Part shown: positions 37,415 to 47,599 of the stretch, in pieces | Layout: each line of letters begins with the position of its first letter | Numbering within the stretch: the first letter of the stretch is position 1 | Translations under genes and position numbers: made by a program | Origin: an uncultured Clostridia bacterium | GTDB taxonomy: Bacteria; Bacillota; Clostridia; Christensenellales; QALW01 | Assembly: GCA_958448705.1 (NCBI GenBank) | Contig: CAUDEY010000008.1 | Location: 7,323 to 71,322, forward strand | DNA: 64,000 bases | Direction: 5' to 3' | The notes under the pieces: model-generated | What the model was told of the DNA's origin: nothing | Databases searched by the model: none | Seen by the model: the letters and a program-made list of their open reading frames with translations, nothing else

Positions 37415-38245
37415 ATGGGATGCACACATCATTGCTCCGACTGTACGTCTAATTGCAGCGGAAACGGTAAAAATGAAAAAGAAAGTTTTGTGGAAGAAGC
37501 AAATAAACTCAGCCATATCAAAAAGGTGATCGGCGTTATCAGCGGTAAAGGAGGCGTGGGAAAATCTTTTGTAACGTCTCTTTTGGCCTGTGATATGACC
37601 CGTCGGGGGTATCAGTGCGCCGTTTTGGATGCGGATATTACCGGTCCCTCTATTCCTAAAGGATTTGGTATTTCGGAAAAAGCATCAGGCAGTGAGGATG
37701 GAATCCTTCCGGCTAAAAGTGATACCGGTATTGAGGTGATGTCTGTTAACCTGATGCTGGAGAATGAAAGCGACCCGGTTATCTGGCGCGGCCCGGTAAT
37801 TGCCGGCGCAGTAAAACAGTTCTGGACCGACGTCATATGGGATAATGTTGATTTTATGTTTGTAGATATGCCGCCCGGAACGGGGGATGTGCCGCTTACC
37901 GTGTTTCAGTCGCTGCCGGTAGACGGCGTGGTTATTGTTACATCTCCGCAGGAGCTTGTTTCTATGATTGTGGAGAAAGCGGTAAAAATGGCCGAACAGA
38001 TGAAAATTCCGATTCTCGGTCTCGTGGAAAATATGGCTTATTTTACCTGTCCTGCGTGCGGAGAGCGGCATTACATTTACGGGCGGACAAAAGCAGAGGA
38101 TATTGCGGGAAAATTTGAGATTCCGTCTTGGGCAGAACTGCCTTTGGTACCGGAAAATTCGGCGTTGGTAGATCAAGGGCGTATTGAGGAAATTGATACC
38201 GCTGCCTTGAAGACTGTGGCCGATGTTGTGGAAAAGCTTTTATAA
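37415..38245 (+). CDS. Mrp/NBP35 (ApbC) family Fe-S cluster carrier ATPase
   Basis: SGKGGVGKS P-loop, a Cys-rich N-terminus and CPACG. The ATG at 37415 follows GTGAGGA. Confidence 0.85.
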   Translation: MGCTHHCSDCTSNCSGNGKNEKESFVEEANKLSHIKKVIGVISGKGGVGKSFVTSLLACDMTRRGYQCAVLDADITGPSIPKGFGISEKASGSEDGILPAKSDTGIEVMSVNLMLENESDPVIWRGPVIAGAVKQFWTDVIWDNVDFMFVDMPPGTGDVPLTVFQSLPVDGVVIVTSPQELVSMIVEKAVKMAEQMKIPILGLVENMAYFTCPACGERHYIYGRTKAEDIAGKFEIPSWAELPLVPENSALVDQGRIEEIDTAALKTVADVVEKLL

Positions 38246-38432
38246 ATGTCGGGATATCTGAATCGCTTCTGCTCAAAAAAAATAGAATTTTTTACTATTG
38301 ATACCGTTCTGTTGCATGGCAGGACGGTTTTTGTTATGGGGGGAATCTTAAAAGAAAAGATACAGATAGAGCGATTTTCTTGTGTATTTGCATCTGTGTG
38401 AAATTATAGGAGGAGAGAGATAGAAACGACTC

Positions 38433-38468
38433 TATTGTCACCTAAATTATATATAATAGTTGACAATA
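38433..38468. promoter_or_regulatory. Putative BirA operator overlapping the birA-bioY promoter
   Basis: TATTGTCA, 20 nt, then TGACAATA. The right arm overlaps the -35 TTGACA at 38460-38465. Half-sites resemble the Firmicute bioO TTGT.A.C pattern. Confidence 0.5.
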
Positions 38469-38511
38469 TGTGCTGTTTAGGGTATGCTATAACAAAAAAG
38501 GAGCGATAGTT

Positions 38512-39477
38512 TTGTCAGTTACAGATGAGGTTCTTGAAATTCTGGCACGGGATCCGCAAAAAACGCTTTCGGGTGAAATGATTGCGCAGCAGTTGCAAAT
38601 CAGTCGGAATGCTGTGTGGAAGGCAGTAAATACCTTAAAAAAACAGGGCTTTCATATCACTGCTTCTACAAACAGCGGTTATTGCTTTTGCGATGATGTT
38701 GTGACCCGGCGGGGAATGCAGGCGTGCCTGCCTGATTTAGAAGTAAGGATACTCAATTCGGTGAGCTCTACCAACAGTTATTTAAAAGCAGAAGCGGAAA
38801 CAAACAGGGAAGGGCTTGTGATTGTTGCGCGCCGTCAGACCGGGGGACGGGGCAGAATGGGCAGAAGTTTTTCTTCGCCGCCGAATACAGGCTTGTATAT
38901 GAGCCTTTTTTTAAGACCTGCAATGCAGGCAGAAGAAGCAGTGAGAATTACGACGATGGCGGCAGTTGCCGTATGCCGTGCTATTGAAGCTTTTACGGAG
39001 CAAAAGGCAGAAATAAAATGGGTCAATGATGTTTTTCTTGCGGGGAAAAAAGTGTGCGGCATTCTTACGGAAGCGTCGGTAAATGTTGAAAACGGGCGAA
39101 TAGAATATGCAATTTTGGGTATCGGCGTCAATCTCTATGAGCCGGAAGGGGGCTTTGCGGCGGAAATTAAAGGTGTAGCGGGCGCAGTTTTTGGAGAAAA
39201 AACGGGACATTATGCTGACCGGTTTGCCTGCGAGATTCTTCGGCAGTTTTTTTCATTTTATCACGGTCAGCCGTATATAGAAGAATATAGGGCGAGGTCA
39301 CTGTTAACTGGCAGGGAAATTGTGTACAGCATGCAGGGGGAGGAAAGGCGTGCCACAGTAGTAGGGGTTGACGACAATGGCGGCCTTATAGTAAGAAATA
39401 CTGTGGGAGAGCTTTCTGTTTTGTGCTCGGGGGAGGTAAGCGTAAGATATGATAAAGATGAAATTAAGAACGGTTGA
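38512..39477 (+). CDS. birA: Bifunctional biotin-[acetyl-CoA-carboxylase] ligase / biotin operon repressor
   Basis: The N-terminal wHTH is SGEMIAQQLQISRNAVWKAVNTLKKQG. The ligase motif is GGRGRMGRSFSSP. The TTG at 38512 follows AAGGAG. Confidence 0.9.
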   Translation: MSVTDEVLEILARDPQKTLSGEMIAQQLQISRNAVWKAVNTLKKQGFHITASTNSGYCFCDDVVTRRGMQACLPDLEVRILNSVSSTNSYLKAEAETNREGLVIVARRQTGGRGRMGRSFSSPPNTGLYMSLFLRPAMQAEEAVRITTMAAVAVCRAIEAFTEQKAEIKWVNDVFLAGKKVCGILTEASVNVENGRIEYAILGIGVNLYEPEGGFAAEIKGVAGAVFGEKTGHYADRFACEILRQFFSFYHGQPYIEEYRARSLLTGREIVYSMQGEERRATVVGVDDNGGLIVRNTVGELSVLCSGEVSVRYDKDEIKNG

Positions 39478-39982
39478 TATGGTATTTATTGCACTGTGCG
39501 TTGCTTTGATAGCAGTGTTTTCTCAGATTTCTTTCCCGATTTTACCCGGAGGCGTACCGCTTACGCTGCAAACTTTGGCGGTTACCTTTTGCGGATATTT
39601 TTTGGGACTGAAAAGCTTGCTGGCAGTGGCAGTATATATTTTGCTGGGATTTGTGGGCGTGCCGGTGTTTGCGGGATTTCAAGGTGGCGCTGGCGTCATA
39701 GCTGGCCCTACCGGCGGATTTTTGTGGGGCTTTTTATTAACGGCGTTTTGCTGTGGTCTTGGTACAAGAAAGAAAATCTGGGCGGGGGTGCTGCTGGGGG
39801 CGGTGGGAATCCTGCTATGCCATGCTTTGGGGGTTTTACAGTATAGGCTGATCTCCGGCCGAAATTGGGGTGATGCTTTTATGCTGGTTTCTGCACCGTA
39901 TCTGCTTAAAGATTTTGTTTCCGCAGCCATTGCGCTGTGGTGTGCGAATTTGTTAAGAAAAAGAGGAGTTTCGGCGGAATGA
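39458..39982 (+). CDS. bioY: Biotin ECF-transporter S component
   Basis: VFSQISFPILPGGVPLTLQTLAVTFCGYFLG is the BioY hallmark. Confidence 0.9.
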   Translation: MKLRTVDMVFIALCVALIAVFSQISFPILPGGVPLTLQTLAVTFCGYFLGLKSLLAVAVYILLGFVGVPVFAGFQGGAGVIAGPTGGFLWGFLLTAFCCGLGTRKKIWAGVLLGAVGILLCHALGVLQYRLISGRNWGDAFMLVSAPYLLKDFVSAAIALWCANLLRKRGVSAE

Positions 39983-40067
39983 TCGGATGTTTTTTTGAGG
40001 AATCGGCATAAAGTATGAATAATACATGGAGGGTCTTTTAATATTTTATTTAACTTAAAAAGAGTGG

Positions 40068-40096
40068 TTGACAAAGGCAATAAAACTTTATATAAT
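40068..40096 (+). promoter_or_regulatory. Consensus sigma-70 promoter
   Basis: TTGACA, a 17-nt spacer, then TATAAT, upstream of the lipoprotein gene. Confidence 0.65.
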
Positions 40097-40140
40097 TCAA
40101 ATGTAGAAAAAATAATTTATTTCTTATAGGAGGAATAAAA

Positions 40141-40815
40141 ATGAAAAATTTAAAAAAATTGTTCGTTATGCTTCTTGTAGGTGCTATGGCGTTTTCGCTG
40201 GTTGCCTGCAATAATGGCGAAGGTGACGGAGTAGAAGTTACACCTACAGTTCCCCCGGTGTATAAGGATACCACCAGCGGTTTGAGCGATACGGAACTTT
40301 CTAATTATTTCCTGAAATTTTCTGCAACACAGACCGTAACGGAGCCGGATGAAAATGGGAACATGGTTACTCAGGAAAAAACTACCAACTATATTGAGGT
40401 AGGCTACAGCGGACTGTATCTTATCAGTCAGGATGGCGGAGAGTCCTTTAACGTAGCTGGAACTTCAAGCTTTGGTGTTTCTTCACAGACTTCTGTATTT
40501 GGAACCTTCAGTGCCCATAAGCAGTATGAAGCAAGCGGTGCTGAAATGGATAATCAGGGAGAGGAAACAGTTGCAGATCTGCAAACGACCCATTACTATT
40601 ATAAGAGCGGTCCCATGGAGATCAATATGTATGTTAATGCGGATTACGATGTTTGCTTAAAGTATAGCAGAGAAGGAAAAGATGCTATCAAAATGGAAGT
40701 TCAGGAGTTGAAATTCGGCGTTATCGGCCAGGATGGATATAAGTTTGAAGATTTCCAGAATAGAATTGCTACTCCCGAACCTACAGAGGAAGTTACCGAA
40801 GCACCGGCTGCGTAA
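40141..40815 (+). CDS. Hypothetical lipoprotein
   Basis: The signal and lipobox are LLVGAMAFSLVACNNG. No other motif. Confidence 0.7.
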   Translation: MKNLKKLFVMLLVGAMAFSLVACNNGEGDGVEVTPTVPPVYKDTTSGLSDTELSNYFLKFSATQTVTEPDENGNMVTQEKTTNYIEVGYSGLYLISQDGGESFNVAGTSSFGVSSQTSVFGTFSAHKQYEASGAEMDNQGEETVADLQTTHYYYKSGPMEINMYVNADYDVCLKYSREGKDAIKMEVQELKFGVIGQDGYKFEDFQNRIATPEPTEEVTEAPAA

Positions 40816-41099
40816 GCTTGCTTTCGGAAAAATGTGTAGAAGCAGATTCGAGATGAAACGGCTGAAAATGATTTCAGCCGTTTTTTTTGTTTTAAGGCAG
40901 AATGACTGAAAAATCCATAAAATGAAATAGGAAAATCCATTGTAATTCAGATGAAAAACATTTATGATATAAAAAATGCTGAAAAAGGTACAGAGTATGC
41001 CGGAAAGAGAAGGGGCCGTCTTGCGTTTGCGGGATTTTAATATTGCAATCTGTTTTTATTAATGCTATAATAGAGCGTATTGAAAATGGAGGAAAATTT

Positions 41100-43160
41100 A
41101 TGTATCATCAGGAATTATATGATCAGGTGCTTTCAGGGGCACATCATGGCTTTAGACGTCCCTTTGATGTAGCACGGGCGTCTGATTTTACAAATCCTTC
41201 CATTGCACCGGTCATGCGTATGGCTATGCGATTAGAGGACGTGTTTGCCCAGGAGGAACCGGTCATTTTAAAAAAACAGCGGATCGTGTTCCTTCGCACG
41301 GTAATAGATGTGCCCAGTATCTTCAGTGAAGAAGAATGGGCGGATATTACAAATACACATTTTGTGCATGAGCTGGGGTATGTATCCAATCTTTGCGCGG
41401 ATTATGGTTCTACGATAGCCTGCGGTTTGGATGTGCGGCGGGCAGAAGCGGTAAAGCGTTTTGAGCAGTGCTGCAAAGAAGGCGATACCGAGGGGAAAAT
41501 GTTTTTAGAGGCGGTTATTCGCACGATCGATGCAGTATTTAGCCTTTGTGATCGGTACCGTATAGAGGCTGAGGAGCTGGGACGGATGGACATTGCCGCT
41601 GTATTTACAAATATTCCGCATAAAGGGGCAACTTCGTTTTTAGAGATGCTGCAGTTCTTCCGTGTACTGCATTACACCCTTTGGGCTGAGGGGGAATATC
41701 ACAATACGATCGGCCGATTCGACCAGTTTGCGTATCCTTATTTAAAAAGAGATATGGAGGCTGGGATCCTTACCAGAGAGCAGGCAGAGAGCCTGCTTGA
41801 GGAATTCTTTTTAAGCTTTAACTGGGATAATGATACATATGTGGGCGTGCAGCTGGGGGATAATGGTCAGTCCATGATGCTGGGCGGTGTGGATGAAGAA
41901 GGCAGGGATGCCTATAATCTTCTTTCGGAAATGTGCCTGCGCGCCAGCTGCGAGCTGAAGCTTATTGATCCTAAAATCAATCTGCGGGTTTCCTCGGATA
42001 CGCCGTTTGAGCGATATGTTGAAGGGACGCGCCTTACAAAAGCGGGCTTGGGATTTCCGCAGTATTCTAATGACGACATTGTGATTCCGGGCCTGATGGC
42101 ACTGGGGTATGATGAGAGAGCGGCACGGAATTATTCGGTTGCCGCCTGTTGGGAATTTATTACCGCCGGATGTGCGATGGATATTCCTAATATCGGCGCG
42201 CTGTCCTATCCGAAGGCCGTACAGAATGTGTTGCTGCAGAATTTGGAAAAAGTAAACAGCTTTGAGGAATTGCTGGAGCAGGTCAGGCAGGAGATTTATG
42301 CCCAGGCAGAAAGCATCTGCGCGGATATTCATGATCTTTACGTAGTTCCCGCACCGTTTTATTCGGTTTTAATGGACGATTGTATTCAAAATGCACGCGA
42401 TATCTCAAGGGGAGGCCGCTATAATAATTTTGGAATTCACGGTACTGGTCTTGCTACTGCGGCTGATTCCCTGGAAGCGGTTCGCATACATGTGTTTGAA
42501 AAAAAGACGGTTACTGCCGTACAAATGATAGAAGCCATAAAAAAGGATTTTTCCGGTTACGAGGAGCTTTTGCATGCCTGCCGCTATGAAACGCCGAAAA
42601 TGGGCGATAACATTGACAGCGTGGATGCTATTGCCGCTGCGTTAATGGGATGGTTTGCGGACAGCCTGGAGGGCAGGAAAAATGAACGCGGAGGAATCTA
42701 CCGCGCCGGTACGGGCTCTGCCATGTTTTATTTGTGGCATGCCAATGAACTGGAGGCGTCTCCTGACGGGCGGCGCAAGGGAGAACCTTTTGGCACCAAT
42801 TTTTCTCCAAGCCTGTATGTAAAATCAAAAGGACCGTTTTCGGTTATCCAGTCCTTTACTAAGTGCCCTGTACAGCGGGCGATCAACGGCGGACCGCTGA
42901 CGATGGAATTTCATTCTACTGTATTCAATACCGAGGAGGGGATCGAGCAGGTAGCAGCGCTGGTTAAAGCGTATATCGATAAAGGGGGGCATCAGCTTCA
43001 GCTCAATTCCATTAATCGGGAACGTATGCTGGATGCGCAGAAGCATCCGGAAAACTATAGGAATATGATCGTTCGTATTTGGGGCTGGAGCGCCTATTTT
43101 GTGGAACTGGATAAAGAATATCAAGATCATTTGATTGCAAGGCAGGAATTCAGCGAATAG
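41100..43160 (+). CDS. Glycyl radical enzyme, PFL2 (eliminase/dehydratase)-like, substrate unknown
   Basis: The C-terminal glycyl-radical motif is MIVRIWGWSAYFVEL (Gly codon 43083-43085). The Cys loop is VAACWEF (Cys codon 42147-42149), of the C-x-E type. The ATG at 41100 follows GGAGGA. Confidence 0.85.
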   Translation: MYHQELYDQVLSGAHHGFRRPFDVARASDFTNPSIAPVMRMAMRLEDVFAQEEPVILKKQRIVFLRTVIDVPSIFSEEEWADITNTHFVHELGYVSNLCADYGSTIACGLDVRRAEAVKRFEQCCKEGDTEGKMFLEAVIRTIDAVFSLCDRYRIEAEELGRMDIAAVFTNIPHKGATSFLEMLQFFRVLHYTLWAEGEYHNTIGRFDQFAYPYLKRDMEAGILTREQAESLLEEFFLSFNWDNDTYVGVQLGDNGQSMMLGGVDEEGRDAYNLLSEMCLRASCELKLIDPKINLRVSSDTPFERYVEGTRLTKAGLGFPQYSNDDIVIPGLMALGYDERAARNYSVAACWEFITAGCAMDIPNIGALSYPKAVQNVLLQNLEKVNSFEELLEQVRQEIYAQAESICADIHDLYVVPAPFYSVLMDDCIQNARDISRGGRYNNFGIHGTGLATAADSLEAVRIHVFEKKTVTAVQMIEAIKKDFSGYEELLHACRYETPKMGDNIDSVDAIAAALMGWFADSLEGRKNERGGIYRAGTGSAMFYLWHANELEASPDGRRKGEPFGTNFSPSLYVKSKGPFSVIQSFTKCPVQRAINGGPLTMEFHSTVFNTEEGIEQVAALVKAYIDKGGHQLQLNSINRERMLDAQKHPENYRNMIVRIWGWSAYFVELDKEYQDHLIARQEFSE

Positions 43161-43993
43161 TGGGACTTATATTTGATATTAAGGAATTCGGACTTCATGA
43201 CGGCAGGGGGATGCGTACGACGGTATTTTTAAAAGGCTGTCCGCTGCATTGCCTTTGGTGTCATAATCCTGAGGGAATCTCTTCGGAGATTGAAGTAGCC
43301 AGAAATACCGGAAAATGTACCGGCTGCGGACTTTGCCGGCAGAAATGTGCGCATGAGGAATGCCGGGGGCTCGGCGTGTGTTTGAAAAGATGCCCCGGCG
43401 ATTATGTGCGGAAGATCGGCCGGGAGTATTCCCCGGAAGCGCTGGCGGCGCAATTAAGAAAAAATGAGTCTTTTCTGAAATATGGCGGCGTTACGTTTTC
43501 CGGAGGAGAGCCGCTGGAACAGGCGGATTTTATTTGGGAAACATTGCGGTATCTTTCAGGACTTCCTACCGCGATAGAAACCTGCGGGTTCGTTCCTGGC
43601 AGAGTTTTTCAGCAGGCAATTGCAAAAATTAATGATATCTTTATTGATATCAAGCATATTCAAACGCGCAAACATCGCCAATTTACCGGACAAGGGAATG
43701 AATTGATCCTTCAAAATGTACGGCAGTTAATGGAGAGCAGGAAGAATTTTACCGTACGTGTGCCGTTGATTCCCGGACTGACTGATACCGAAGAGAATTT
43801 TAGCGGGATAGCAGAATTTCTTGCTCCGGCAAAGGACAGGATAACAGTGGAACTGATTCCCTATAATAGAATGACGGGTGCAAAATATAGAACCGTAGGC
43901 AGATCGTACCTGCCATGTTTTGATGAAACGCAGGCGGTAAATAAGGACGTATCTGCTTTTGCTGAGAGAAATATTTTGTGTATTGCATATTGA
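43160..43993 (+). CDS. Glycyl-radical enzyme activating protein (radical SAM)
   Basis: CPLHCLWCHNPE plus ferredoxin-like CTGCGLCRQKC. The GTG start overlaps the GRE stop. Confidence 0.9.
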   Translation: MGLIFDIKEFGLHDGRGMRTTVFLKGCPLHCLWCHNPEGISSEIEVARNTGKCTGCGLCRQKCAHEECRGLGVCLKRCPGDYVRKIGREYSPEALAAQLRKNESFLKYGGVTFSGGEPLEQADFIWETLRYLSGLPTAIETCGFVPGRVFQQAIAKINDIFIDIKHIQTRKHRQFTGQGNELILQNVRQLMESRKNFTVRVPLIPGLTDTEENFSGIAEFLAPAKDRITVELIPYNRMTGAKYRTVGRSYLPCFDETQAVNKDVSAFAERNILCIAY

Positions 43994-44003
43994 GGAGAAA
44001 ATT

Positions 44004-46082
44004 ATGTACAAATTTAAAAACAAAGAGGATATTTCCGTTTATTTTAATGATATCGAGGTGCTCTCTACTTTAAGTGTTTGGATGAATTCTACCTTAGGCA
44101 GCCGCATCGATTTGGCAGTGGTCGAGGCCGGTGAAAAAGAGGTGCGGTTTGAAAGCCGGGATAAAACGGCGGTACTTATGCTCACATTGATTGAGCGGGG
44201 CGGCTGCTTTGCGTTAAAAGCAACCGGCAGGTATGACCCTTCCGGCACGTATGGACGCGGTTCTCATTTGCAGGATTTTAAAGGGATAGGCATTGATTTC
44301 GGAATGCCGCATGAGGGAAAGTATATTGATGCATTTATGAACTGCATGTTTTGGCAGCGTCCTTTTATCGGAAGGAAGATCAGCGAAATGAAAGAGCGTA
44401 CGCAGGCGCTGGTTTTTGATAGGGGCGGTTTATATGAGCTCTTTATGACCGTTTGCGATAAGGATTTTAAAACGGAGCTGTTTCCTTTTGGAAGGAGGGC
44501 TTCTTTGATCGCACATTCCAATACGGTGCAGGATCAGATCGATGAATATATTTTTATCGGCGGTATTGGAAACGATGTGTATGCTTTGCCTGAATTGGTT
44601 GTGGATTTTGGATTGAAGCAGATGAAAAAGCGCGGTAAGCTTAGAAAGGCAAAAAAATATCCTGAAATATTTGAGTATCTCGGGTGGTGCAGTTGGGATG
44701 CCTTTCATATGGATGTTACTGAGCAGAATCTGTTGGATAAAGCGCAGGAATTTAAAGAAAAAGATATTCCGGTGCGATGGATCATCTTGGATGATATGTG
44801 GGGAGATGTTCCGTGCAATGATTTAAAAACAATGCATTCGCGTGAGCTTAACAGCTGGGAGGCTGCGCCCGAACGTTTTCCGAATGGATTAAAAGGTGCC
44901 GTAAAAAAGCTGAAGGAGCAATACCGGCTTGCAGTGGGGATATGGCATCCGACCAGCGGCTATTGGTGGGGGATCGATCCAAACGGGCCCCTGGCAAAAA
45001 CGCATGGGGACCTATTGGAATATACCATTCCGGGTCTTTGGCCTGATGGCTCGCGTTATATGCATAGCTTTGAAAAGAGGAAAATCGAAAAATATTATGA
45101 TGCACAACATGCCTTCTATAAAGATTGTAGTATCGATTTTGCCAAAGTGGATAATCAGGGCTCTACAGAACGGTTTTCTTACCGTAAGGGCTCCATTGGC
45201 GTTTGTTCAAAAAATCTTCATCGCGCAATAGAACAAACAGCAAAAAAATATTATGACGGCGCATTGATTAACTGCATGGGCATGCCGGTAGAAAATTTTT
45301 GGAACAGAACCTACAGCAATGTCAATCGTTTCAGCGGCGATTTTAAACCAGAGAACCGGAGCTGGTTTATCCAGCATCTGCTTCAATGCAGCTATAATGC
45401 TTTTTTTCAGGGAACGGTCTATACTGGTGATTGGGATATGTGGTGGTCTGATGATGCACAGGCAAAAAAGAATGCTGTGCTGCGCAGCATGAGCGGCGGT
45501 CCGATCTATATGTCCGATGAGCTGGGCAGAAGTGTAAAAGAGGTGATCATGCCCACGGTATTTTCCGATGGCAGAATTATTCGGTTGGAAAATCCGGCTT
45601 TGCCCTGTCAGGAATGTTTGTTTGAGGATTGTGAGACAAACGGAAATATTTTTAAGGTCTTTAATACGATCAGGGATTGCGGTGTTCTTGCGGTATTCAA
45701 TCTCAATAAGGAGGAAAAGCCCGTTCGGGGAGAGATCTCTTCCCGGGATGTTAATGCACTTAGACGGAGTCGGTATTGTCTGTATGACTGGTTCCGCCAG
45801 GAAGCACGTGTTTTAGAAAAAGGAGAAAAATTCAAGATCGTTCTTGAAAATTACGATGATTTTCGTTTGTTTTTGCTGGTTCCAATCAAAGAGGGCAGGG
45901 CAGAGCTTGGATTGATGGAGAAGTATATGATGCCGGCAACCTTTCGCAATATCAAAGAAGGTGTCCAGGTTCTGGATCAGGGGACCTTTGCTGTATACAG
46001 TGAAACGCCGCTTTCGGGTTTTGAAAAAATGCGGGAGAATATTTATGTTAAAAAAGTACAGGCAAATGAGATCTTAAAATAG
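44004..46082 (+). CDS. GH36-clan, raffinose-synthase/Sip1-like alpha-galactosidase-family protein
   Basis: EYLGWCSWDAFHMDV and VRWIILDDMWG resemble the Sip1/raffinose-synthase family. This is from memory, not searched. Confidence 0.6.
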   Translation: MYKFKNKEDISVYFNDIEVLSTLSVWMNSTLGSRIDLAVVEAGEKEVRFESRDKTAVLMLTLIERGGCFALKATGRYDPSGTYGRGSHLQDFKGIGIDFGMPHEGKYIDAFMNCMFWQRPFIGRKISEMKERTQALVFDRGGLYELFMTVCDKDFKTELFPFGRRASLIAHSNTVQDQIDEYIFIGGIGNDVYALPELVVDFGLKQMKKRGKLRKAKKYPEIFEYLGWCSWDAFHMDVTEQNLLDKAQEFKEKDIPVRWIILDDMWGDVPCNDLKTMHSRELNSWEAAPERFPNGLKGAVKKLKEQYRLAVGIWHPTSGYWWGIDPNGPLAKTHGDLLEYTIPGLWPDGSRYMHSFEKRKIEKYYDAQHAFYKDCSIDFAKVDNQGSTERFSYRKGSIGVCSKNLHRAIEQTAKKYYDGALINCMGMPVENFWNRTYSNVNRFSGDFKPENRSWFIQHLLQCSYNAFFQGTVYTGDWDMWWSDDAQAKKNAVLRSMSGGPIYMSDELGRSVKEVIMPTVFSDGRIIRLENPALPCQECLFEDCETNGNIFKVFNTIRDCGVLAVFNLNKEEKPVRGEISSRDVNALRRSRYCLYDWFRQEARVLEKGEKFKIVLENYDDFRLFLLVPIKEGRAELGLMEKYMMPATFRNIKEGVQVLDQGTFAVYSETPLSGFEKMRENIYVKKVQANEILK

Positions 46083-46100
46083 CAGCAAAGGTGGACTTCC

Positions 46101-47006
46101 ATGGGATATCTTTATGTAGTTATCGCTGTATTTTCCGGGGTATCAAAAGGCTTTTTAGCTAAAAAACTCAGCGGGAGGACTTCAACGCTCAGACAAGCAG
46201 CATTCTACAACCTTCTTCGGATGACGGTCTGTGTTGTGATCGGCTTTTTGCTTTGTACGGTACAGAGCGGATTCGGGGGACTTGTTATTAATACGCCGAC
46301 CGTCGGGCTTTCGCTCCTTTACGGAATCGGAACGGCCGCAATGGCGGTATCCTGGCTTTTTGCTGTACAATACAGCGCCTATGTTATGCTGGATATTTTT
46401 CTGGTATTAGGTACGGTTGTTCCGATCATCGGGTCAGCGATTTTGTTTGGGGAAATACCTTCCGTCCATCAGATTATCGGAGTGCTGATTTTATGTGCCG
46501 CTGTCTATTTGATGTGCGGCTACAGCAATTCCATTAAAGGAAAGCTGACCGTGAAAGGCATTGCCATTCTGCTTGTGTGCGGATTTTCCAACGGCCTCAG
46601 CGGGCTTGCTCAAAAAATGTTCAGCAGATCAGCGGCCGAAACAGGCGATATCAATGCTGCGTTTAATTTTTATGGGTATGTATTTGCCTCAATAACACTG
46701 CTGCTTGTTTTTTTGATGATAAAAAATTTTAGTAAGACGGAAAAAAAGCCCGAGGATTCTCAGGCGGTTACACCTAAAATTTATCTTATTATTGTGTTGA
46801 TGTCAATTTTTCTGTTCCTCAATTCTTTTTTTCAGACAGCTGCCGCTGCAGAACTGGAGGCTTCCGTACTTTTTCCGATGGTGCAGGGACTGTCACTGGT
46901 TTGTTCAACGGTAATGTCCGCTATTGCTTTTAAAGAGCGGGTTAATGCCAGAAGCATTGCAGGTACTGTGATTGCGTTTGTAGGAATGGTCATTTTAAAT
47001 TTATAA
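46101..47006 (+). CDS. EamA/DMT-family transporter
   Basis: 301 aa, about ten hydrophobic segments, with a two-fold repeat architecture. Confidence 0.65.
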   Translation: MGYLYVVIAVFSGVSKGFLAKKLSGRTSTLRQAAFYNLLRMTVCVVIGFLLCTVQSGFGGLVINTPTVGLSLLYGIGTAAMAVSWLFAVQYSAYVMLDIFLVLGTVVPIIGSAILFGEIPSVHQIIGVLILCAAVYLMCGYSNSIKGKLTVKGIAILLVCGFSNGLSGLAQKMFSRSAAETGDINAAFNFYGYVFASITLLLVFLMIKNFSKTEKKPEDSQAVTPKIYLIIVLMSIFLFLNSFFQTAAAAELEASVLFPMVQGLSLVCSTVMSAIAFKERVNARSIAGTVIAFVGMVILNL

Positions 47007-47092
47007 AATTTTACGCGTAACAATTGGACTTTTTATAAAGATATTGTATATTTTATAAAAATAAGCACAGACTTTTAATGAGGTGAAAGTCT

Positions 47093-47599
47093 GTGCTTTA
47101 TTTGTTGCTTTTCATTGTTGTTTTGCTGCTGCCTTTTACATTCAGGATAGCGGCAGACACGAAAAACGATGCTGTTAACCTGCAGGCAGATTTTATGTTT
47201 TTGGGCTTGATTCCGATTAAGCTGTTTCAAAAAAGCATAACTGTAAAAAACGTTATAGCATCTTTCTTTTCAGGCAAAAAAAGCAAATACAGTAAAGCAC
47301 GGATTTTCAGAGCGTTCAGAAAACATATAAAAATAAAAAAACTTATTTTGAATTCTCATATCGGTACGGGTGATGCTGCATCTACAGCAATTATCAGCGG
47401 ACAGGTTTTTGGATTTCTGGCGCCTGCAGTGGCGAATCTTTCTAAAAATCAGGAGTATAAGCTGGATATTAATCCTGTTTTTGATAAAAAAGAATTTGAT
47501 TTTTTAGGCGAATGTATATTGCGTACCAATATGGTACATACTGTAATTGCCATATTTGAAATTTTAAGGAGTAAGAAAAATGGAAAAGCATCCTATTGA
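47093..47599 (+). CDS. DUF2953/YtfI-like sporulation protein
   Basis: N-terminal TM, and a position directly upstream of ytfJ as in Bacillus ytfIJ. Confidence 0.55.
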   Translation: MLYLLLFIVVLLLPFTFRIAADTKNDAVNLQADFMFLGLIPIKLFQKSITVKNVIASFFSGKKSKYSKARIFRAFRKHIKIKKLILNSHIGTGDAASTAIISGQVFGFLAPAVANLSKNQEYKLDINPVFDKKEFDFLGECILRTNMVHTVIAIFEILRSKKNGKASY

